From Narcine bancroftii (Eukaryota): a DNA stretch of 64,000 bases. Where the stretch lies: contig NC_091470.1 in NCBI RefSeq assembly GCF_036971445.1, positions 341,620,001 to 341,684,000 of the forward strand. Direction: 5' to 3'. Shown here piece after piece: positions 1 to 12,057 of the stretch. Under the pieces are notes generated by a model. The model saw only the letters and a program-made list of their open reading frames with translations. It ran no database searches and was not told the DNA's origin. The position numbers were made by a program, and so were the translations under genes. How positions within the stretch are numbered: the first letter of the stretch is position 1; every line of letters starts with the position of its first letter.

Positions 1-263
1 TCACAATCAGGATTTATTGTCATGAACACATCTCCTCCCTCATCACCTTGCAGAGCCCCAAACAGAACCAGAATCAGATTCACAATCAGGATTTATTGTC
101 ATGAACACATCTCCTCCCTCATCACCTTGCAGAACCCCAAACAGAACCAGAATCAGATTCACAATCAGGATTTATTGTCATGAATACATCTCCTCCCTCA
201 TCACCTTGCAGAGCCCCAAACAGAACCAGAATCAGATTCACAATCAGGATTTATTGTCATGAA
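1..263. repeat. 79-bp tandem repeat, at least 3.3 near-identical copies (runs off the window start)
   Basis: Unit starting TCACAATCAGGATTTATTGTCATGAA recurs at 1, 80, 159 and 238 with single substitutions; it includes the 3' tail of the adjacent Rex1 LINE. Confidence 0.95.
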
Positions 264-3087
264 ATTCAACATTTTGCAGCAGGATCACAGCAAACATGCA
301 TATTATAACCATCCTACAATACTACCATAAAAAAAAACAAAATAAAATAATAATAAAAATAATAGGGCATGAAAAGTAAGGCAGTGTCTTTGGTTCATTG
401 ATTATTCAGGAATCTGATGGCAGCGGGGAAGAAGCTGCCCTTGTGTCACTGAGGGCTCGTATTTAGGCTCCTCTCTAGAGTTTATTATTGTCCTGCAAGT
501 TGGTGCCTACATACCAAACAGTGATGCAATCACCCAGAAGGCTCTCCACAGTACATCTGTTTTTCAAAAATCTTCAGTGACATACTGAACTTCCTCAGAC
601 ACCTCACAACGTATAGCCACTGGTGAGCCATCTTTGAGATTGTATCAACATGGAGGCTCCAGAACAGATCCTCAAAGACGTTGACACCCAGGAATCTGAA
701 GTTCTTGACCCTCTCCACTACTCAACCCTGAGATGAGGACTGAGATGTGTTTTCTGGACTTCCTCCTGAAGTCCACAATCATCTTCCTGGTTTTGCTAAC
801 ATTGAGCGAAAGGTTGTTGGTGTGACACCATCCAAAGAGCTGATCCATCTCCCTCCTGTGCACTTCCTCATTGCTATTTGTGATTCTGCCAATAACTGTG
901 ATGTCATCGGCATATTTGTAGATGGCATTGGAATTGTGCCTGGCCACACAGTCGTGAGTGGATAACGAGTAGAGCAGTGGGCTAAGCATGCATCCTTGGG
1001 GTGTGCCTGTGTTGATAATCAGTGAGGAGGAGACATTGCTTCCAATTCGTACTGACTGGTCTTTGATGAGAAAGTCAAGGATCCAGTTGCAGAGGGGTTA
1101 CAGAGGCCAAGAGTTTGTAGATTCTTGACCAACACTGAGGAAATAATGGTATTGAAGGCCAAGCTGTAGTCTATGAAGAGCAGCCGTATGTTTGAATTGT
1201 TGGTTTTGAGGTGATCGAGAGCTGAGTGGAGAGCCGACATTATTGCATCTACCATGGAACAATGGTGATGATCGGCAAATTGCAGTGCATCCACATCTTT
1301 ACTTAGGTACTGACCATGACCAGTCTTTCAAAGCATCCATCACAGTAGAAGTGCTTCTGGGTGGATAGTCATTGAAGGAGCCACACTACTCTTCTTGGGT
1401 ACCAGGATGATTGATGCCCTTTTGAAGCAGCTGGGAACCTCTGGCTGCCACAATGAGAGGTTGAAAATGTCCGTGAACACTCCAGCTAGTTGGTTGGTGC
1501 AGATTTTCAGTGCCCTGCCAGGTGCGCTGTCAGGGCCTGATGCCTTGTGAGGGTTCACCCTCTTGAATGATGTTGTGACATTGCCCTCAGAGACAGAGAT
1601 CACAGGATCCTCAGCTTTTTTCAGTGATTCTAGTAGGCACTGTTTGGCTCTTCTCAAAGCTGGCATAGTAAATGTTCAGCTCATTGGGTAGCGAAGCATC
1701 ACAGTGTTCGCCCTCGCTTTGTAGGCTATAATGGACAGCACTCCCTACCATAGTGGGCATGTATCTGACTGTCTCGAGTTTCCTCTGGAATTGCCACTTA
1801 GCTTTGGAGATGGCCTTCCACAGGACATACCTGGGCTTCTTGTAAAGATCTTGATCCCCAGCCTTAAACACCCTTGTTTTCACCCTCAGCAGTTTGCGGA
1901 TTCTCTGGTTCATCCAGGGCTTCTGGTTGGGGAACACCCAGTATTTGCATGTGAGCAGAACTTGATGAAGTTGGTGACACCTGTTGCATATTCATGTAGT
2001 CTATGGATGAGTTCTTGAATATGTTCCATTCCACCAATTCAAAGGAGTCCTGCAGATGCTCCTCTGCCTCCCCCGACCACATCTTCGCCATCTTCACCAC
2101 TGGTGCTGTGGTCTTCAGTCTCTGCTTCTAAATCAAGTGATCAGACTTGCTGACGTGCAGTCATTGTATAGCATGGTATGCATTTTTCATCGTGGTGTAG
2201 CAGTAGTGAAGTGTATTGGTTCCCTTGGTCTTGCATGTGACATGTTGATGGTAGTTTATCAGAGATTTCTTCAGATTGGCCTGATTGAAGTCTCCCACAA
2301 TGATCAGAAAGGCATCTGGATGTGCTGTATTATGGCTGTTTATCACAGTACTCTATCCCTCCACTGCCAGCCTGACATTAGCCTGGGGCAACTAGGATGA
2401 TGGCGGTGAACTCCTTTGGCAGGTAGAATTGGCAAGAACTTTCTAAATTAAAAAGGGATTGGGTGGGTCAAGTTATAGCTTCATCTTTTAATTCTAAAGC
2501 AAGAGGAGTAGCTATATCAATTAAAAAAACTTCACTGGCAGGTAGAATGTGTGACACTTAATCGCCAGATATTCCAGGTCGGGGGAGCCAGGCTGGGACA
2601 TGACCGTCATGTCTACGCACCTTGAGGATACAAAAGCCTCCTCCTCTGGTTTTTCCAAATGCTGGTGTTCGATCAGCGCGATGGAAGGTGTAACCCTTGG
2701 GCTACAGCGCCATGTCTAGAATGTCCACATTTAGCCTTGCTTCCGTAAAAGCACATCATGCAGGAATCCCTGATGTCTCTCTGATGTTGGTCTGGCTTGG
2801 AGTTCATCAATTTTGTTGTACCTGGTTGAGCTGTTTAAAATGCCTGCAGAGTTGTTGTACTTATGTGAACTGTTTAAAAGTCCCTCGGCCTGACAGAGAT
2901 TGCTAATTCTGCTGGTTCCAAGCAATTTTAGGATCTCCATGCTGTCGGGTAAGTTTGATTTTATGTTTCTTATTTTTTGTTTAATTTTTACGAGATCTGA
3001 ATGGGAATATTTGATTATTCCTGTCAGAGCTGTTCATAAAGGCACTATTTTGAAGGTCCTTCCAAGTGAAGCCACATTTCACTTTCA
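222..3087 (-). mobile_element. Rex1/Babar-clade LINE, near full length, frameshifted
   Basis: Collinear minus-strand ORF fragments: endonuclease (IIVGDFNQANLK, 2161-2346), [35 protein letters not shown]...YADD (672-989), FRFLGV; 3' tail TGACAATAAA plus (ATTCTG)-like repeats. Confidence 0.9.
2430..2535 (+). mobile_element. Internal fragment of L1 ORF2 endonuclease inserted in the Rex1, with 13-bp TSD
   Basis: Translates as SKLKRDWVGQVIASSFNSKARGVAISIKK (vertebrate L1 EN-like); flanked by TGGCAGGTAGAAT at 2417-2429 and 2536-2548. Confidence 0.8.
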
Positions 3088-3420
3088 TGCATCCAGTGCT
3101 CCCGTTGTGGTCTCGTCTACATCGGAGAGACTGGACAGAGACTGGGAGATTACTTGTTGAGAACCTCATCTCTCTCTGCCGCTATAGCATGGATCTCCCA
3201 GGGGCCACCCATTTCAATTCTTCATCTCATTCCCTTGCTGACATGTCTGTCTGTGGTCTCAGGCACTGCCAGATTGAGACCACCTGTAACTTGGAGGAAC
3301 AACACCTCATATTTGTCAGGGCACCCTCCAAATGGATGGCATTAATATCAACTTCTCCACTTTCTGTTAAACCCCGCCCATCTTTCCCTTTACAGTGTAT
3401 CTTCTTTCCTCTATCTCTTA
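3088..3420 (+). mobile_element. Penelope-like element fragment, GIY-YIG endonuclease C-terminus
   Basis: CIQCSRCGLVYIGETG...ATHFNSSSHSLADMSVCGL...LEEQHLIF...DGININFS followed by a pyrimidine-rich tail. Confidence 0.85.
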
Positions 3421-4712
3421 ACATAGAACTTGCGTGATTTTTGCATTCTGAAGTGTTTCCCTACCTTCTGGGAGTGACTGTTCACACAGGAATGACAAAA
3501 ACACCAAATATCCATATCACATACAGGGTGGGGTGGGAGGGTCAACTTTTACACGCAATATATGGAAAATACCAGATTTTGGTGCCAGAAATAGGGGATT
3601 GGCTCAGCAACCAAGGGCTTTCCTCCCATTGGATAAGGTGGTTTCAACCCCAGGCTTGATTACTGAAGGTCTCCTGCGATTGGATAAGGTGGTTTTGACT
3701 TTGGATTCAACAACCAAATGGTCCCAACATTGGGCTCAGCAACCAAAGTCCTCCCACCAGGGCGCAGGTGCCAATGACTTCTAGAAGCTTTGAGCAATCA
3801 AGAGGAGGCAGGGACTAGAACTTGGCTTCTGCTGTTTCCTTGATGCTGGACAGCCTGGGGGAATGACAGGAACAAGTAATGGTGATGTTGGGGGTAGCAG
3901 CAGCTACGATGGACACTGGGGAGGTGGGAGAGGCTACATCACAGGACAGAGCAACCTCTCATCACATCTTAAATGAATTTCTTTCTTTATCTTTATTTTT
4001 GAAAGATTGTACTGGAGCGTGGATACTTTTTGCTCCCCTTTAAATGTCACATAAATTAAAACTTTCACTCTATCCTAGTACACGTGATAATCTGTTTTTA
4101 TAAGCTTTTCAATGTGTAACTTCCCAATGCCACCAAGTCACCTCTGAAATTTAGCCCAATGGGATGTTTTAATTCCTGAGCTATGATATCATTTATCTGA
4201 TCAAGCTGTTCAAAATGAGGCTGGTATGGTGTATGTGGAGCTGAACACTTCGTTTAGTGGAGTACAACCATTTAAGACAAAATTCCCTCTGATTTTCCCA
4301 AACAATAATTGCATCTCAGCATTGAACTGTGCCCATTACAATATCACGACCATTTGCCAGGATGATATGCTGTAAGATTGTCAACCCAATGACAATAATA
4401 GATCATTCTGTAAGAAGTGGGAACTGGATTAATTGAAAGCAAGCTCATTTTGCATGGAACAAGCATCCTTCTATTCAGCGTTCAATGTGAAGCAGAGTAC
4501 AGAAGCAATACCTCAAGAACATATGGCACTAAATAAAGCACAAAAGAATTCATTGCGGTTGCTCTAACAGTCTACAAAGAAACATGACCATCTCTATTTG
4601 CATAGGATGTTTATTATGGAAGTAGTTGAGGCACAGACCAGAAATATCTCTATTTGGATTTCAAAACATGCGGATCATATCACTGATACATAGCATCATA
4701 AAAGCCATAGAG

Positions 4713-4951
4713 TGTGATAGTACAGATTCTATCACCAATGTGTCTATGTACAGATGTACAGGTGGTAGTGTACGATGACTGTGATTGGCTGAGAGTGTAG
4801 CCACACCTACTGGAAGGTCTTAAAGGATTGCTCCTAGACAGACCAGGTCATTCTGGACTGGTCGACCTACTTGTGATAGGCTCCAATCTTTTAGTTAATA
4901 AAAGCCTTGGTTTGGATCAACAAGTCTTTGGTTCTTTCGACATGCACTACA
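4713..4951 (+). mobile_element. Solo LTR
   Basis: TG...CA ends, AATAAA near 4897, 5-bp TSD TAGAG (4708-4712 and 4952-4956). Confidence 0.85.
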
Positions 4952-5055
4952 TAGAGTCAACACAGAAGGAGACCCTTTGGCCCACCATATCAATGTTTCC
5001 CATCGAACCTCTCTACACTGAACTCATTTACCTGTATTAGGTCCGTGGTGATTTA

Positions 5056-6135
5056 CCATATATAGGTGTGTAATATTCAAATTTTGTGGACCAAATTTTA
5101 GGGTAAAATTTAGGGGGTCAACTATTGACGATGGTAAGTGCCTATAGCCGCTTTCAGGTGCATCCTCTGCCTTGAGGGCAGCTGCAGGAGCACCTGAAAA
5201 GGCCTGTTTTTCCAGAGACATCTTGTAGGAGGCGGGGCAGATGGTGCCACCCATCATAAATATGCGGGATAGCAATGCCCATTTTCCCTACCCATAATTC
5301 CCCACGCAGGTGGAACCACTCTGCGTTTCCCACACAGTTGCAGCTGCGTGGGAGCTTATGGGTAGGGAAGACCACCATTTCTAAGCCATATTTTGAGCAG
5401 CAGAGAGCAGCCTCGGTACAGGAGTGGCCAGCTGGGCTGTGACAGCCCGCACTGGTCACCCCCTTATGTCCCCTGCTGGCCGCCCCTGCCCTGACATCCC
5501 CCGCTGGCTGCCCATGCCCCACTGCCTGAAGCCCCCTGCCCCACTGCCCAACAGACCCTGCCTGATTGGAAAGGGGAGGTCAATGGTACGTCAGGGGAGT
5601 GCTGGCTGGTGGGGGATGTCGGGGCAGGGGCAGTGGGGAGGGGGGCTATCGGGCAGTGGGGAGAAGGGTCATCAGCCTGCCCCTTAGCAGCCAATTTCAG
5701 GCAGCTGCATTCAGGTGCTTAGGGGGACTACAGTGCTCCGGTGATTATCCCTCCTGGAGGAGGGTTAGAAAGTGTGCCTCGGATGCGCATCCCACTCTTT
5801 CAGGTGGGTACCCTGAGAGCTGCATAGGGGTAGAATATGCAGCTTTACATTGGGGTATTCTGGCCACCTGTAAGAGACTAATGGCTTTTGAAGAAGCAGG
5901 AGGTCTGATTGGCGGGTGGGTGGCCAAGGCCAGTTGAAAAGTTCCCGTTTGAGGCATTGGCAGTTCAGATGGATAGAAGGCCGGGTCCTAGACAAAAGTC
6001 CATAGTCAGGACTTTGTGAGCTCCGGAGAAGAGACAGCTATGATAAAAAATGGGGTGGGGGGTTCAACTTTTACACACGATATATGGAAAATGTCAGACT
6101 TTGGTGCCAAAAATAGGGGGTTGATTTTGTATGAT
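5056..6135. mobile_element. Non-autonomous pogo/Tigger-like DNA transposon hosting a second MITE
   Basis: TA|CCATATATAGGTGTGTAA at the left matches inverted TTACACACGATATATGG (ends 6087); GGGGTCAACT subterminal motifs; a related end fragment lies at ~3525-3598. Confidence 0.55.
5149..5879. mobile_element. GC-rich hairpin MITE, copy A (possibly Harbinger-like)
   Basis: Ends AGCCGCTTTCAGGTG and CACCTGTAAGAGACT are imperfect inverted repeats; internal hairpin 5284-5369; homologous, in opposite orientation, to 47370-48707 and 63295-63993. Confidence 0.6.
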
Positions 6136-6548
6136 ATCACTATCCCCCTTATAGACACACAAGAGACTGCAAATATTGAAAGCAAAACCCACCATGCTGG
6201 AGTTCTGATGAAGAGTTTCAGTTCAAAACATCAACCATTCTTTTGCTCCCATTGATACTGGTCGATCAGCTGAGTTCCTCCAGCAGATTGTGTTCCATTT
6301 ATGATTTTATCAACTACTGTACATCAAATCACTCTAGGGGATCATTCCCTTTCTATCCATTCTTGTAAAGATAAACAAGAAGATTCTGGGATCTACTGCA
6401 GCAAACTAATGTGAGGGAGGAACACAGCAGGTCATGCAGAATCCATGGAAAACAATAGGCAGTCAACGTTTCAGGCCTGAGCCCTTCTTCATGAATGCCA
6501 AAAGGCAGGCAGATGCCTGAATAAGAAGGTGTGGGGACCAAAGTGGTA

Positions 6549-7847
6549 GCAGTTTCCACCTGCTTCAAAAGGGCATCAATCATTCCGATGCCCGAGAAGA
6601 GTAGTTGGGCTGCTTCGATGACTACCACCCAGAAGCACTAACTTCTACCGTGATGAAATGCTTTGAGAGGCTGGTCATGGCCAGAGTTAACATGTACCTA
6701 AGTAAAGATCTGGACACTAGACAATTCACTTATCGTCACAATCGCTCCACAGCAGTTGCAATATCACTGGCTCTCCCTTCAGCTCTGGATCACAGCAATT
6801 CATACATACGACTGCTCAGCCTTTAATACCATTATTTCCTCAGTGCTGGTCAAGAAGCTGCAAACTCTAAGCCTCTATACCCCATTCTGCAATTGGATCC
6901 TTCACTTTCTCATTGGAAGACCACAGTCAGTACGAATTGGAAACAATGTCTCTTCCACACTGATTAACAACATAGGCCCACCCCAAGGATTCCTGCTCAT
7001 TATAAACTAATGACTGTGTGGCCAGGCACAATTCCAATACCATCTACAAATTTGCCGATGATACCACAGTTGTTGGCAGAATCACAAACGGCAATGAGGA
7101 AAGGTACAGGAAGGAGATAGATCAACTGTGTAAGTGGTGTCACAACCTTGCGCTCAATGTTAGCAAAAACAAGGAGATGACTGTGGAATTCAGGAGGAAG
7201 TCAGGGGAACATGACCTAGTCCTCATCAAGGGCTCAGTAGGGAGAGGGTCAGAACTTCAAATTCCTGGGTGTCAACATCTCTGAGGATCTGTCCTGGAGC
7301 CTCCAAGTTGATGCAGTCATGAAGAGGGTCACCAGTGACTATATTTTGTAAAGTGTTTCATGCAATTGGGTATGTTACAGAAGACTCTCGAAACTTCTAC
7401 AGGTGTACCCTGGAGAACATTCTGGCTGGTTACATCACTCCTGGTATGGAGGCATCAATTCACAGGACAAGAATAAACTCCAGAAGGATGTTAACTCGGC
7501 CTGCGACATCACAGGCACCAGACTTCACTCCATCGAGGATGTCTACATGAGGCAGTGTCTTAAAGAAGCAGCCTCTATCCTCAAAGACCCCCACCTCCCA
7601 GGCCACGCCGTCTTCATATTGATACCAGTGGGAAAAGGGTATAGGAGCCTAAAGACAAGTACTCAGTGACACAGGGACAGATTCCTGAATAGTCAATGAA
7701 CCAAAGATACTGCCTTACTTTTCATGCACTGTTATTTTTATATTATTGCTGTAAGAGTTTATAATATGAATGTTTGCACTAACGATGGTGCCGCAAAACA
7801 CTGAATTTTGTGACTTTTTCACAACATTAAATTCTGATTCTGATTCT
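6549..7847 (+). mobile_element. Rex1/Babar LINE, 5'-truncated
   Basis: ALTSTVMKCFERLV, AFNTIIS, IYKFADDTTVVG, ILKDPHLPGH; (ATTCTG)n tail at ~7830-7848. Confidence 0.9.
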
Positions 7848-7943
7848 GAGGAGCACAGATAAGGTGGGGGGAGAGGAGAGAATGGAGCTTAGAGGTGATA
7901 GGGGATGGAGCATAGGGCTGAAAAGGATGTTCTCTGATAGGAG

Positions 7944-8178
7944 AAAAGGTAAAGGTTCTATTATTGTCACATAATGCTACATGTGTAGAATGTAACATAC
8001 ATGAAATTTTTTAACTCTGTCTACCATAAGACAGACAGAGAGTCGTCACTTTGTCCAGCGCCCCTCCCAGAAACCTGAAGCACCTGGTGTTCCTAGGTGG
8101 TCTCCCCTCCATGTACTGACCAGTCCTGAGCCTGCTTACCTTCTAAGATCGGACATCCTCAGACGTATTCAGGCAATT
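7944..8178 (-). mobile_element. 5S rRNA-derived SINE (SINE3 type)
   Basis: Reverse complement of 8071-8175 (CCTGAATACG...GAAGGTAAGCAGGCTCAGGACTGGTCAGTACATGGAGGGGAGACCACCTAGGAACACCAGGTGCTTCAGGTTT) aligns with vertebrate 5S rRNA including boxes A and C; followed by a ~125-bp body ending TGTGACAATAATAGAACCTTTACCTTT. Confidence 0.85.
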
Positions 8179-9079
8179 AAGTGCTGAAATGAAGGGGGGC
8201 AACTGGAAAGCTGAGGGAAAGCAAAAAAATGAGAAGTAGTTGCTGGAAATTGGAGAAGTTGGTATTGATGCCATCTGGTTGGAGGCTACTGAAATGAGAT
8301 ATAAGGTATCGTTGGTCTAATTTATATGTGGCAGTACATGAGGCGATGGATAGACATGTCAGAGCAGTAATGGGTGTAAAATTGGTATGGTTCTGTACTT
8401 GGAGGTCCTTACTGTGGCAGCTTAATGAAACAATCTCTCAGTCTGCTTCCAGTCTCCCTGATGTAGAGGAGATTGCATTAAGGAGAGCCATATGCAGTAT
8501 ATTAGCCCTACAGATTCACAGGTGAAGTGTTGTTTCCCTTGGAAGGACCGTTTGGGACCACAAATGATGGTGAGGGGACAGGTGTAGATGCATGTGTAGC
8601 ATTTATTGTTGTCTCAGGGGTTGGTAGCAGTGAGATGCTTACTGGGAAAAGAAGATGAGAGAGTTGTAGTGAGACAAAAAAACCCTATGGAAAGCAGATG
8701 GAAAGGGGAAGATGTATCTGGTGTGGGATCACATTTTAGGTTGCAGAAATTGCAGAGAATATGTTGGATTTGAAAGTTATAAGAGTTGTAGTTAAGGATG
8801 AGTGGACAGGAGGAACTCTGACATTGTTGCACTTGAGAAGTGCAAGTGAGATCTGAGTCAATGGCAACTGAGGGGAAGCCTCATTTTCGGAAGAAGGAGG
8901 TAAACTTAGATGTCCTGAAATGGAAGGCCTCATGCTAGGAGCAAATGGGGCAGAGAGAAAGGAATAGAATCCTTTCAGGAGGCAGGATTAGAAGAAATGC
9001 AGTCAAGGTAACATGGGAGTCAGTGGGTTTATAGAAGACGTCTGGAGATCTTTAGTCTTTGAAGAAATTTGTTCTGGTC

Positions 9080-10860
9080 AATCTCCTCTGCACCTTTCCT
9101 TGGTAATCACATCCTTTCTATCCTGATGACCAAGCTCCAAGCAAAGTCTATCCAATGATTCATAAAATGGTAACATGACATCCAAGTTATTATATCCATG
9201 CCAAATTGATGAAGACAAACATTCCTTATGTTTTCCTCACCACCTTATCCATCTGCACTGCCACATTCTGGACTTATATCCCTCGAACCCTTTGTTCAGC
9301 AATTTTTCCTTGTTTTCATCCAAAAATACATCATTTTGTACTTGATGGAGTTAAATTTAATTTTCCCTAGCTCTGCCTAGCTTTCCAGCTGATCTATAAT
9401 CATGCTCTAGAATTAGACAACCTTTATCACCTTCTACATCACAATTTTATACCCTCTGGAAACTTGCTGATCATACTCCCTACATTCACATCCAAGTAAG
9501 TCATTAATGCATATCTCAAGCATTAAAGATTCTGGCATTGATTCTTTTGCAACTGCATGGTCACATCATGCAGTAAAGCAGGGGTGTCAAACTCAAATTC
9601 ACAGAGGGCCAAAATTAAAAACTTGGACTAAGTCGTGGGCCAAACTAAATATTTATTGAAAATTTTCAACAACATCTGCATGTTTTCTCTTCTTTCAACA
9701 TATGTAATGTTAAACTTTTTCTTCTTAAAATAAATGTTTAATAATAATTTTGGTTAAATTCTTTCCAGAAGAAGCATTAACAAATGAGAAATAAAATATT
9801 CAATAAATAATATTTCTCTATAGCCTTTAAGCTCCTTTCAAATGTATTTTTTTTCATAAGCCAACAAGTCAAAAAAATAACAACTTGCTTCAATGACAAA
9901 CAGGTTTGTCTTTTAAAATGATGAACATATAGTCTGCCTCCCACCTGTCTTGAAAGCTCCTGTTTTCTGTCTTTCGTTTGGCCATTTTTCGTAAGGGGTT
10001 TATTACACATGAGTTGGGCGACAGGTCACAGATGCTAATGAATGTAAAGAGAGGAGGTGGGGGGTGATTAACGGGCTTACGGGCCGGCGCCAACGCATTT
10101 GCAAAGCATTCTGGGATCTGTAGTATTAGCTGTGCATGCGTTATACTGGCGCGGCGGCCAGCGGGCCAGCTTTAATACATATTTGATATGATCTTTCAGG
10201 CCAAATATAATTATATCACGGGCCAAATTTGGCCCGCGGGCCTGAGTTTGACATGTGTGCAGTAAAGCAACCATAACACCATTTTCTGCCTCATCTTTGC
10301 AAGTTAATTTTGGAATCATTTTCCAGGTTGGCTTGGATCTCATGGCATAGAACGATAGAACACTACAGCATGGAAAACAGGTCTTTCAACCCTTCTAGTC
10401 TGTGCCGAACAATTACTCTACCTAGTCACACTGACCTGCACCAAGACCATCGCCCACCAAACTCCTCCCATCTATGTACCTGTCCAAATTTTTCTTAAAT
10501 GTTAAAATTGAGCCCATATTCACTACCTCAGCTGACAGCTCATTCCATACTCCCCTCCAATGTTTCGCTTAAACTTCTTCCCTTTAATTCTTAACCCATG
10601 TCTTCTGGTTTGTATCTCACCTAACCTCAGTGGAAAAAAAACCTATTTGCATTTCCTCTGTCTATCCCCCTCATAATTTTGTATAACTCTCTCAAATCCC
10701 TCATTCCTTTACACTCCAGGGAATAAAGACCTATCCTGTTTAACCTTCCCCTGTAACTCAGTTGCTGAAGTCCAGCAACATCCTAGTAAATCTTCTCTGC
10801 GCTCTTTCAATCTTATTGCAATCACTCCTGCAGTGAGCTGACCAAAACTTCACACAATTC
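9080..10860 (-). mobile_element. CR1 LINE fragments, one interrupted by the hAT element
   Basis: Typical CR1 RT 3' region and 3' UTR on the minus strand (tail near 10345: CATAGAACGATAGAACACTACAGC). Confidence 0.7.
9579..10259 (-). mobile_element. hAT (Charlie/SPIN/OC1-like) internal-deletion derivative
   Basis: TIRs CAGGGGTGTCAAACTCA and TGAGTTTGACATGTGTG; perfect 8-bp TSD CAGTAAAG (9571-9578, 10260-10267); keeps the transposase N-terminus MAKRKTENRSFQDRWEADYMFIILKDKPVC. Confidence 0.9.
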
Positions 10861-12057
10861 TAACCTTTTGGAAGTGTAGAGCAGATAATTCTCCATGTGT
10901 TAGGGAACAATCCACATTCTTCACTTCAATAATAAAATTACAAGGAGGTTCATAGTGCAGAGATGGAGCATTGGGTTCAACTAATCTGTTCTGGTACCTT
11001 ATGCTGCATTTGCACTTTCAACTCTATCTTATCAGAAAAGCACTTTTTATGCACCTTGTGCCAAATTCTTGCTTTAAACATGCAATGGGTGTGAGAACAC
11101 AATATGGAACTATTTCTCCCCTATGCTTGACTATTTTGGCATCAGTCACCGTTAAGTTTCATGTTGGAAGAATAGTTCATTGGAAGGGACCTCACTGTGC
11201 AATTGCACCTACAACACAGAAAGGGAAAAAGCCAATGAGATTATAAATGCATCGGAGAGAGGGCAATTACACCACTTTATAAATGCAATCTCTTTGGCAC
11301 CCCCATATTACTTGCTATCTTTAAGAAACAACCACAGAAGTAACCAAACAGCTTAATGATTAACCAACCAAGGCCTTGAGTTTAATTTTTGATAATTAGT
11401 TTGCTTTATCTGATTAATGATATCCAACTGTCTGCTAGAACAGTTAAAACCGGTTAATCATTTGTTAGATTGTAGGAAAGAACAAAGATAGAAAACTCAC
11501 TCTCATGTCAAAGTATTTTAATCAATCTTTTTTGAGCATGGTGGATAATGCCAGTGTTTATTGCCCATCCCCAGCTTCCCTTGTGGTCCTGAATCATTTT
11601 CTTTCACCGCCAACCTTCTTCAAGTGGAATAGCTCCCAAAAGGCTTCAGTGAAGGAATTCCAGGATCTACACACACAGCAACAATGAAAGCATGACGACA
11701 TAGTGACAGGAGTGTGTCCAACTTCGAGGGCAAGCTGCAGGTGATTTTCCAATGCACCTGAATCCTCTGTCTTTACAGTGAACTTTCACTTGGATTTGGG
11801 AGGTGGGGTTGGTGTAGTCTTCCCATTGAGCATGACTTCAGTTCCTTTCAAGTTAACAATTAGCCTCTATCCTCAAGGATGGCCACCACCAAGGCAATGT
11901 CCTCTTCACATTGCTACCATCGGGATAAAGGTACAGGAGCCTGAAGGCAAGGACTCAGCAAATAAAGACAGCTTCTTCCCCTCTGCCATCAGATTCCTGA
12001 ATGAACAATGAGGCATAGACAGCACCTTTGTCTTTTCTTTTTTCTTGCATTTTTATT

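Larger units (their letters stand above)
6370..9050 (-). mobile_element. Penelope-like element interrupted by a Rex1 and a 5S SINE
   Basis: Degraded GIY-YIG region (YIRETG-like, DGINTNFSNF end) on the minus strand at 8240-9050; terminal repeat with hammerhead-like core at 6458-6499. Confidence 0.7.

Noticed and set aside
1-263. CRISPR-like array
   Set aside because: Units are identical end to end with no variable spacers, there are no cas genes, and the context is eukaryotic
5424-5995. CpG island or coding exons
   Set aside because: Part of a repeat found three times in the window; translations are low-complexity
8071-8175. Functional 5S rRNA gene
   Set aside because: 5' end missing, many substitutions, fused to a retroposon-type tail
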